From Clostridia bacterium (GTDB taxonomy: Bacteria > Bacillota > Clostridia > Oscillospirales > CAG-272): a DNA stretch of 64,000 bases. The position numbers and the translations under genes were made by a program. The notes beneath the pieces are model-generated. The model was given only the letters and a program-made list of their open reading frames with translations, had not been told where the DNA came from and did not search any database. Positions 34,601 through 41,314 of the stretch are shown piece by piece (position 1 is the stretch's first letter; each line of letters starts with the position of its first letter). The stretch is taken from contig JAFVZL010000039.1 in NCBI GenBank assembly GCA_017508195.1, positions 18,271 to 82,270 on the forward strand, in the 5' to 3' direction.

Positions 34601-35370
34601 CCCGCCGCCATACGGTATGCGGTACCTGCGGCGATCTTGGAGCGTTCAAGTCTTACGGTAGAGCCCTTTGCGTAGACACCTATCGATGCATCGGTTGACG
34701 CGGTAATCTCAGAGCCGATAACCGTAAGGTCAACGGTATCAGCCGCTACGAGCACCGGGCTCGCACCCGTTTCTAGAGCATTGTGGGTGACGTCTGCATT
34801 TCTGAGGATGAGCTCACCCGCCGTACCCTTGGCACAAACACCGTATACGTCGATAACGTCAGCAGAATAAGTGATATCGATATCGTAGATCTCTGCATAA
34901 GCAACGGAGTCGAGCGCGATAACACCGTTATACTGATCAGCCACAAGTATGCCGCCGACCTCGGCGTCATAGTTATATCCGCCGTCAATCTCAAGTACCG
35001 CGAGATCCTTAGCAGAAATAACCGATCCGCCCTCGGTAGCAGTTATACCCGAGAAATCGAGCGTGTAACCGCCAAGATCAACGTACACGCTCTCGACACC
35101 CGTACCGCCGAGCGCTACCCGCTTGGTTGCCGCAGCATCCGAGAGCAGCTTAAGTGTAGCAGTACCGGCACCGAGTGTGCCAACCTTTTCACTGAGCTCC
35201 TCTGCCATCGCATCAAACGTACCCGTCACCGTGGTAGCATCGCCACTCGCGGGGGACAGGATAAGCTGTGCCTCGTTCGTGCCCTCTGCCGAAGTCAAGA
35301 GCACGAGGCTCACAGACAACAGAAGCGCAAGAACGAGAATGACAGAGATAATTCCAATCCTTCTTTTCAT
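31651..35370 (-). CDS. giant secreted protein: beta-helix-like N-terminal ~800 aa + sialate O-acetylesterase (SASA/SGNH)-like C-terminal domain
   Basis: Signal peptide. Gly/Thr/Val-rich ~20-25-aa periodic region. C-terminal FANGMVFQAGKPINVWG ... GEVWVMAGQSNA, which is the family hallmark. Start at ATG 35370 (AAAGGAG SD). 11 nt upstream of the next gene, so an operon. Confidence 0.75.
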   Translation of the reverse strand: MKRRIGIISVILVLALLLSVSLVLLTSAEGTNEAQLILSPASGDATTVTGTFDAMAEELSEKVGTLGAGTATLKLLSDAAATKRVALGGTGVESVYVDLGGYTLDFSGITATEGGSVISAKDLAVLEIDGGYNYDAEVGGILVADQYNGVIALDSVAYAEIYDIDITYSADVIDVYGVCAKGTAGELILRNADVTHNALETGASPVLVAADTVDLTVIGSEITASTDASIGVYAKGSTVRLERSKIAAGTAYRMAAGSWCTAVDTSFVASQAIFGGASDVNGDVFHGAGVSFSGVSILGAGATKDMIKLWYGTGSTLIDVPTANVSESLTVATAHAELAELESGKWTLVDKSGASYVTTVTIIPDRGEVSETLYNNILSGAGALGAAFDVKTVATAAVTKVVAERNNLATSLTGSGNGNGSLFLDFNGFDVGNKRAAHFFSGGGLFRLSIDGADAEGNVCTVKLRGYAGGLIYVNNADPESVVSFTNIDFVETNLSGRIRTEIANGKVTNGSANMIQLQDCRFYMDNVDFTYTGEDYGCDLTLGPDANNRYSYDYYYKSSLSFPMIYLQSTAFMTAENCNFKVAISGVAAEKGLVNSIPVVSHSTDSSIYFKNCEFDGVSRVGTTAAGSTNKMWLKDCKVNTVNTPFIGNGTAYPIVISDCDITLGDVPLASGNVMLREGDGNTVIRAENGVSGTHTFDGECTLVFDTVSGTYILMSGDNVTKLQINNKLFANGMVFQAGKPINVWGSCSTNGSVITVTLGDVSVTATVADGKWNATLPAMDYAKGLTLDVKEEGKFGGATYTDIDIGEVWVMAGQSNANFGAYKMEDFAEYKALADNYDNIRCFSIGASLSESVLDDFGRASWFDVNSKTLSRDDSTEGISAVGYVMATRLAVELEGNPTIAIIDLNYNGKAISNFISNAYDPMASSSAAEHQIYNAMIAPLQGYNIKGMGWYQGEATADASECDEFGDGYYGLNIDQLYATFTDTCNVGEANDPLELFIVQLPAHMGAPSFFRAYQESIASGNDHYHLVGANWVGSTLSKGDFKYDAGDGFQYGHVHAVRKSPIGLAMADSILENVYFKDDNVVIANPEVEEVVTEGAEVKVTLDRDFVLLYGDEIEGFEIAGEDKVFVPAKATAEGRTITLTADGITEAKYVRYGFGISLLELENGDVIRFVKDGYTYDKSSGTVTIVASNGKTYYISVDDPEVIRSRVPGNVVGVTGHSLHTFSTAVDSSSADEN

Positions 35371-35439
35371 TTTTTTCTCCTTTATAGATTTTCTCATAGG
35401 TAGTCGCGCCCATCGCGCGAAGTATTTAAGAGTATAAAT

Positions 35440-35467
35440 ATTTTAGCATAACGAACGTACCGTGTAA
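35440..35467 (-). promoter_or_regulatory. candidate sigma-A promoter (extended -10) of the 35370<-27629 operon
   Basis: Read on the minus strand: TTACAC, 16-nt spacer, TGcTAAAAT. About 70 nt upstream of the start codon. Confidence 0.5.
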
Positions 35468-35651
35468 ATTGACACTCTTCACAAAAAAAAGAGGGGCTTA
35501 TACCCCACTAAGCATAAAGCTTTGAATATTTTTTACAAATATTTTCTCCCTTTTTAACGAAATTTCAAAAGAGAGCAAAATGCAGCATAAAAAACGTAAG
35601 AAAACTACGCCGACAAGCCGTTTTCAGCGGTGTCGACTCGGGAAATGCAAC

Positions 35652-36030
35652 CTATTCTCCTCGTTTCCCTCACGTTCTCGCACCGCGAGAACATATCGCG
35701 CTTTCCCTCGGAAAGCATATCGCTCCGCCACAGGCGGAATATCGCGTCACCTCTCGGTGACATATCGCGCTTCGCACAAGCGAAGCACTCATAACGCGAC
35801 ATAGTCGCTCATAACTGCTACCCGTGGCAGCCCTTCTCCTCGTTCCCTCACGTTCTCGCACCGCGAGAACATATCGCGCTTTCCCTCGGAAAGCATATCG
35901 CTCCGCCACAGGCGGAATATCGCGTCACCTCCCGGTGACATATCGCGCTTCGCACAAGCGAAGCATACCCGGGCTTCATCCTCTGGAGCAGGATTTCATT
36001 TATAGCTTCTCCCCCTCACGTTCTCGCACC
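35652..36030. repeat. hairpin-train element, family 1 (copies B and C, tandem 178-bp units, plus a truncated third start)
   Basis: ATATCGC(G) at 35693/35717/35739/35762 and again at 35871/35895/35917/35940 (offset 178). CACGTTCTCGCACC restarts at 36017 and then diverges. Confidence 0.85.
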
Positions 36031-36097
36031 TTACAATCCATCACTGCCTTATAAGGAAAATAAGTTGTTGCAACCCTGATTCATTTGAAGCATCACA

Positions 36098-36129
36098 AAG
36101 AAAAAGGCGGAGCACAAAAACTCCGCCTT
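36098..36129 (-). terminator. rho-independent terminator (minus strand)
   Basis: AAGGCGGAG-CACAAAAA-CTCCGCCTT. The T-rich tract (TTTTTCTTT) is present only in the minus-strand reading. Confidence 0.7.
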
Positions 36130-36171
36130 CATATTCAATTTATAGTTATGAGCCAAGCTCACCGTTAAGTT

Positions 36172-36491
36172 CGGTAGCTAATTAATTTTGATGGATAGTG
36201 TCAGACGCGACCCGAAGCAATAGTGACCTATTGCGAGCTTGGGAGCGATCGGGTGCTTGCCGCGGTAGCTGATTACGCGGTAGCTGATTAATTCCGATGG
36301 ATAGTGTCTGACGCGACCCGAAGCAATAGTGACCTATTGCGAGCTTGGGAGCGATCGGTGCTTGCCGCGGTAGCTGATTACGCGGTAGCTAATTAATTTC
36401 GATGGATAGTGTCAGGCGCGACCCGAAGCAATAGTGACCTATTGCGAGCTTGGGAGCGATCGGGTGCTTGCCGCGAAATTAATAGCTACCG
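36172..36491. repeat. 3 x ~105-bp tandem array bracketed by 18/19-nt inverted repeats (MITE-like)
   Basis: Units start at 36172, 36278 and 36383. Left end is CGGTAGCTAATTAATTT. Right end is CGAAATTAATAGCTACCG, the reverse complement of the unit start minus 1 nt. No ORF. Each unit contains a GCAATAG-TGAC-CTATTGC hairpin. Confidence 0.8.
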
Positions 36492-37087
36492 ATTGACAAC
36501 ACCGCAGATATAGCTACAACCAATGGGAACACAGCAAGCACTCCCGATGCAATCATCTCACAGAGCGATACTATACTGAGTATGCCCTCCGAATGCTTTC
36601 TCGAATAGCGCGCGAGCACGAGCACGATAATAGAAATAATGAGGGAACATATACCGTACGCCATAAGAAGCATTACCGACGTCGCCATGCTTATACCCGC
36701 CATAACAGCGTTTTCGCCGCCTGCCATAAGCATCGAAAAAGCGACAGAAAGATCTGAGGATGCCTTGAATGCAAAGCATATGAACACAACGTTCAGTATG
36801 ATGAAAACGCCCGAAGCGATAGCAAATCCGAGCGCGGATGCAAAGCTCTTTACGGGTGCTTCACTCTCCCCCTCGTCATTCTCCTCGCTCTCGCTCTTTT
36901 CCGCATCCGACTTATCGGCACCGTCTGTATCGGCATTATCCGCCTCTCCCTCTTGTATAGGAGTATCGGATAGTATTTCCCCATCCGCCGTATCGTCATC
37001 GCTTTCTGTTATATCGAGCTCTTCATTGTCATAGCTTTCGTCAGGAGCAACGTCGAGCTGCTGTTCTAGATAATCCGGTTTAGCCAT
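36479..37087 (-). CDS. membrane protein with ~85-aa highly acidic N-terminal region and 4 TM segments, unknown function
   Basis: ATG 37087 is preceded by GGAGGTGA (the listed GTG 37096 lies inside the SD). The last 4-5 codons and the stop lie inside the right inverted repeat of the 105-bp array. Confidence 0.6.
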   Translation of the reverse strand: MAKPDYLEQQLDVAPDESYDNEELDITESDDDTADGEILSDTPIQEGEADNADTDGADKSDAEKSESEENDEGESEAPVKSFASALGFAIASGVFIILNVVFICFAFKASSDLSVAFSMLMAGGENAVMAGISMATSVMLLMAYGICSLIISIIVLVLARYSRKHSEGILSIVSLCEMIASGVLAVFPLVVAISAVLSIGSY

Positions 37088-37212
37088 AGCGTTCACCTCC
37101 GATAGTGCTATTTTACCACTTTTTTACCTTTAAGTCAATACCGTTTAAGAACATAGGCACGGATGCGGGAATACAATAGAAAAAAAGCCATAAAAAAATC
37201 TGTAAATGCCTG

Positions 37213-37241
37213 TTGACAAGCATATTGTGCTGTGCTATACT
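37213..37241 (+). promoter_or_regulatory. strong sigma-A-type promoter
   Basis: TTGACA (37213-37218), 17-nt spacer, TATACT (37236-37241). Confidence 0.7.
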
Positions 37242-37308
37242 CGAATTGAAGATGGCACCACCACCTTAGTATAACAGTTTAAAGCCGATTATAAGGCAAG
37301 GAGATCGT

Positions 37309-37722
37309 ATGACGCTTTGTGAAGAGCTGTATTTTGAGATTACCGTAAGCGGTATTAAATCAGAAGTTAGAAAATTTGTAAAATTCATAAAATCGGGAGA
37401 GCTTGACGAGTTCTTCGAGGTGGAGCCCGATTACATCGATTATAAGGACGGATACGAGGACCAGGACGATTCCGAGGTCACGGGATTCACCTTCTCCAAC
37501 GACGACTGGGGCATCGAGATAGATGAGTTCGACACCGATGAGTTTCTCGACGTGTTCTGTATGGCGGGCAAGGCGCTCGACATAAGCGGCAGACTCTTTG
37601 ACGTCGATGACGAGGAATATTCCTTCATATCTCAGGCAGGAGATTCTTATTACCTCAACGCAAAGAAGGCAGGCAAGTTCAACGAGGAAATGGACTCTGC
37701 TTACTTCGATGACGGCAACTGA
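37309..37722 (+). CDS. small, very acidic cytoplasmic protein (137 aa), unknown function
   Basis: AAGGAG SD with its own promoter and terminator. Asp/Glu-rich throughout (EPDYIDYKDGYEDQDDSE, DEFDTDEFLD, DVDDEEY). Confidence 0.6.
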   Translation: MTLCEELYFEITVSGIKSEVRKFVKFIKSGELDEFFEVEPDYIDYKDGYEDQDDSEVTGFTFSNDDWGIEIDEFDTDEFLDVFCMAGKALDISGRLFDVDDEEYSFISQAGDSYYLNAKKAGKFNEEMDSAYFDDGN

Positions 37723-37741
37723 TTTGCCGCACTTTTTAATT

Positions 37742-37770
37742 CGGGAGCCGTATCGCGGCTCCCGTTTTTT
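37742..37770 (+). terminator. rho-independent terminator
   Basis: CGGGAGCCG-TATCG-CGGCTCCCG followed by T6. Confidence 0.85.
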
Positions 37771-37956
37771 CATGATAATCCAAGCATAAAGTAAATAATT
37801 ATGTACATATAAACGGCTTTTCGCAAAAAAGTGAAAGAGTAAGACGTCTGTACGGCTTCTGCTTTTGCAATCGGAAATACGCCCGTTATGCTGTGCGAGA
37901 ACGGCAAAGACACCGAGTCCGCGAGGGTGCGGAAACGGCGCAAATCAATTACAAAC

Positions 37957-37981
37957 AAGAGCTAAGCGGTGCTCTTTTTTT
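37957..37981 (+). terminator. terminator-like hairpin with no annotated gene upstream
   Basis: AAGAGC-TAAGCGGT-GCTCTT followed by T7. About 190 nt after the previous terminator. Confidence 0.5.
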
Positions 37982-38079
37982 ATCGTTCCCGCCACGCAGA
38001 ACCGTGCTACTGCGGCATTTTGAGCCTGCATCGAAATTTGTTGCAATTTTGTGAACATTGTTAAATTTCACAAAAACTC

Positions 38080-38108
38080 TTTATTTTCTCACGCGCGTAT
38101 GTTATAAT
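38080..38108 (+). promoter_or_regulatory. candidate promoter (extended -10) of the DUF1385-prmC operon
   Basis: TGtTATAAT (38100-38108) with a weak -35 (TTTATT) 17 nt upstream. Confidence 0.45.
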
Positions 38109-38171
38109 GATATTTGCTACGCATATTCATAGCGCGCGCTCTTGCGCCGCGCACTGAAGGAGAAATATATT

Positions 38172-39443
38172 ATGGCTAAAAAAGAAAAGGCTCCCGCGAA
38201 CTGCAGACTCAACCGCGTCGGCGGTCAGGCAGTGCTCGAGGGCGTAATGATGAAGGCGGGAACGCACACCGTAACCACCTGCAGAAGGGAGAACGGCACG
38301 CTCGTCGTAAACGATGACAGCTTCGTATCAGTAAGAAAGAAATTCAAGATACTAGACATTCCGATCCTCAGAGGCGTTGTCAACTTTGTTGAAATGATGG
38401 CGCTCAGCGTAAAGACGCTTAACGCATCCGCCGAGGCTATGGGCATCGAGGAGGAAGAGGGTAAATTTGAGAAATGGATGAAGAAGCACCTCGGTATAGG
38501 CGTCACGGACGTGATCATGTTCATCGGTGTCGTGCTCGGAGTTGCACTCGCACTGTTTCTCTTTATGTTCCTTCCCACCTGGGCGGCAGAGGGCGTAAAC
38601 TACCTCCATATGACACTTGCCAACGCCACACTGCCGATCAACGAATACCTCATCGCCACGATCGAGGGAGTGCTGAAGATATGCATCTTCCTCTCCTATC
38701 TCGCGCTCGTCTCTCTCATTCCCGACATAAAGCGCACCTTTATGTACCACGGTGCAGAGCATAAATCCATAGCTTGCTTTGAGGCAGGCGAGGAGCTCAC
38801 GCCCGAGAATGCGATGAAGCACAGAAGATTCCACCCCCGTTGCGGAACGAGCTTCATGTTCCTTATGATAGCGCTCGGCATAGTTGCGGGTATGTTCGTA
38901 AGAAATCTCATCCCGGGTCTTTCACCGTTTGCATATACGGGCATCAGACTTCTTATACTTCCTCTCGTTATGGGTATCGGATTCGAGCTGCTCATGATCA
39001 TGGGCAAGCACGATAACATCGTCACTCGCATCATTGCCGCACCAGGTATGTGGGTACAGCGCCTTACCACGAAGGAGCCCACCCCCGAGATGCTTGAGGT
39101 CGCGATAGTATCCATCAAATGCGCTCTGCGCGACGATTTCCCCGAGTTCAAGGAGTACTTTGATGCGCGCCCCTGGGAGGCTGACGGCGGTGAGACCATA
39201 ATCGTATCCGAGAAAAAGAAAAATGGTGCTAACGCAGAAAAGCCCGAGGACACCGTCCAAGATGCCATAGAGTCCCCGGATACGGAAAACCCCGAAAAAC
39301 CCGACACGGGTGCCGAGGCTAACTTAAATATCGACGCAAACGGCGGCACGGACACAGATAACGGTATATCCCCCGAGGGCGGCGATGCCGATACGGGAGC
39401 CGACAGTCCGAAGCCCGAAAAAGAAGACGGTAAGGCAGAATGA
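38172..39443 (+). CDS. DUF1385-family membrane protein with ~95-aa acidic/Pro-rich C-terminal extension
   Basis: N-terminal VGGQAVLEGVMMK and HGAEHK motifs typical of DUF1385, the usual upstream partner of prmC in Firmicutes. Start ATG 38172 (GAAGGAG SD). The stop overlaps the prmC start (ATGA). Confidence 0.75.
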   Translation: MAKKEKAPANCRLNRVGGQAVLEGVMMKAGTHTVTTCRRENGTLVVNDDSFVSVRKKFKILDIPILRGVVNFVEMMALSVKTLNASAEAMGIEEEEGKFEKWMKKHLGIGVTDVIMFIGVVLGVALALFLFMFLPTWAAEGVNYLHMTLANATLPINEYLIATIEGVLKICIFLSYLALVSLIPDIKRTFMYHGAEHKSIACFEAGEELTPENAMKHRRFHPRCGTSFMFLMIALGIVAGMFVRNLIPGLSPFAYTGIRLLILPLVMGIGFELLMIMGKHDNIVTRIIAAPGMWVQRLTTKEPTPEMLEVAIVSIKCALRDDFPEFKEYFDARPWEADGGETIIVSEKKKNGANAEKPEDTVQDAIESPDTENPEKPDTGAEANLNIDANGGTDTDNGISPEGGDADTGADSPKPEKEDGKAE

Positions 39444-40270
39444 CACTGCGCGAGGCGATAGCCACACTCACCGAGGCGGGCATAGACTCCGCTGAGCACG
39501 ATGCGCGCGCACTGTTCAGGCACTTTCTCGGCAACAACGAGGGATATATCCCGAAGGATACCGACTGCACCTCGGATGCTCTTGTCAACGCGGTGAAAAG
39601 ACGCCAAGAAAGAGAGCCGCTTCAGTACATCATAGGACGGGTAGGCTTCTATCGCGAGGAATATCTCGTCACCGATGCCGTTCTCATACCGCGCCCCGAT
39701 ACCGAGCACCTCGTCGAATACGCGGTCAAGCATATCCCCCGCGGTGAGTGCTTTCTCGACGTATGCACGGGCAGCGGCTGCATAGCCGTATCGACTCTGA
39801 AGAACACCGCTGATACGACCGCAACGGCAGTAGATATATCCCGCGATGCACTTTCCGTCGCGAAGAAAAACGCGGAGCTTAACGGTGTATCCGACAGAAT
39901 AACTCTGCTCGAGCGCGATATACTCAAAAGCCCATATACGGGCGGCGAAAAATTCTACGCGCTGCTATCAAATCCACCATATGTAAGCCACGAGGCATAT
40001 GCCTCGCTCGAGCCCGAAATATATAAGGAGCCGAGGATAGCATTCGTGGGAGGAGAGGACGGCGGTGATTTTTACCGCGCGCTTATTCCTATGGCAAAGA
40101 ACATTGTCAAGCCCGAGGGCTTTATAGCCTTCGAGATAGGCTACGATCAAAGAGAGCTCTTATGCTCCCTCTCCGAGAGAGAGGATATGGATATCGAGAT
40201 CATCCGCGACTATTCGGGTAATGACCGAGTCGCAGTCCTTCGGTTCAGAAGGGCAAGCAAGAACGGCTAA
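39440..40270 (+). CDS. prmC: peptide chain release factor N5-glutamine methyltransferase
   Basis: SAM motif LDVCTGSGCIA and the catalytic NPPY (LLSNPPYV). Confidence 0.9.
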   Translation: MTLREAIATLTEAGIDSAEHDARALFRHFLGNNEGYIPKDTDCTSDALVNAVKRRQEREPLQYIIGRVGFYREEYLVTDAVLIPRPDTEHLVEYAVKHIPRGECFLDVCTGSGCIAVSTLKNTADTTATAVDISRDALSVAKKNAELNGVSDRITLLERDILKSPYTGGEKFYALLSNPPYVSHEAYASLEPEIYKEPRIAFVGGEDGGDFYRALIPMAKNIVKPEGFIAFEIGYDQRELLCSLSEREDMDIEIIRDYSGNDRVAVLRFRRASKNG

Positions 40271-40315
40271 ACCAAAAATCACCTGCCGCATATACTGTGT
40301 GCGAGGTGATGAAAA

Positions 40316-41314
40316 TTGAAAAAGCTTAGCGTTGCAATAATATACGGCGGCGAGGGCGGTGAGCATGAGATCTCGTGCGCGAGCGCGAAGAACATACTCA
40401 ATAGCATCGACAGAACAAGGCTTGACCCCTACCCCGTGTTAATTGACAAGGCGGGAATATGGCGTCATACCAATTACAACGGCAGGCGCGTTCATCTCGC
40501 CAAAGCAAACGGCAAGACCGTCATACGCGACAGGTACGGAAGTACGGAGATCGACGCAGCATTCCCCATTCTTCACGGTGACTACGGAGAGGACGGACGG
40601 ATACAGGGCGCGCTCGACGCGCTCGGGCTCCCCTACGTCGGATGCAGTGTTACGGCAGGGGCTGTAGCTGCTGACAAAATTCTTACAAAGCGTATCGCCG
40701 ACTCGCTCGGTATCCCCACAGTTCCGTCGGTGTCGCTGACGGGAACCGAGAGCCTACCCGAGGCAAGAGAGATTGCCGAAGCGGAAATAGGCTATCCGAT
40801 GTTTATCAAGCCCTCGGGGCTCGGCAGCTCGCTCGGCTGCTCGCTCGTCACGGAAAGGGATGGGTTTGATGACGCTCTTTCACTTGCACGGGAGTGTGGC
40901 GCAAGGGTGCTCATAGAGGAATATCTCGACGGAGCGCGCGAGGTTGAGTGCGCATACTTAAAAACACGCACCCGTGGAGAGATTTTCACCGACCCCGGTG
41001 AGATATTAAAGCGCGGTGTCTACACCTACAATGCCAAGTACGGTGATAACAGTACCGTTCGTCTATCCGTCCGTGCCGAGCTTGATAGCTCAACGAAAGC
41101 TCGCGTAAAGCGATACTCAAAGCTGCTCGTAGATGCCATAGGCATCCGTCAGCTCTCGAGGATAGACTTCTTCTTAAAAAACGGCGAGCTTTATCTGAAC
41201 GAAATAAACACCATGCCCGGCTTCACGGAGGGTAGCCTTTACCCGATGATGATAAACGCGTGTGGGATAACCACGCCCGATCTTATCACAGAGCTTATCG
41301 GGGACGCGATATGA
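40316..41314 (+). CDS. ddl: D-alanine--D-alanine ligase
   Basis: VAIIYGGEGGEHEISCASA N-terminus and ATP-grasp blocks (PMFIKPSGLGSSLG, LNEINTMPGFT). TTG start 5 nt after GAGGTGA. Confidence 0.9.
   Translation: MKKLSVAIIYGGEGGEHEISCASAKNILNSIDRTRLDPYPVLIDKAGIWRHTNYNGRRVHLAKANGKTVIRDRYGSTEIDAAFPILHGDYGEDGRIQGALDALGLPYVGCSVTAGAVAADKILTKRIADSLGIPTVPSVSLTGTESLPEAREIAEAEIGYPMFIKPSGLGSSLGCSLVTERDGFDDALSLARECGARVLIEEYLDGAREVECAYLKTRTRGEIFTDPGEILKRGVYTYNAKYGDNSTVRLSVRAELDSSTKARVKRYSKLLVDAIGIRQLSRIDFFLKNGELYLNEINTMPGFTEGSLYPMMINACGITTPDLITELIGDAI

Noticed and set aside
35652-36030. Possible CRISPR array (regular short repeats)
   Set aside because: The constant element is only 7-8 nt and the variable parts are 15-19-nt perfect palindromes that recur in all copies. 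There is no 25-40-nt repeat, no unique spacers and no cas genes in the window.
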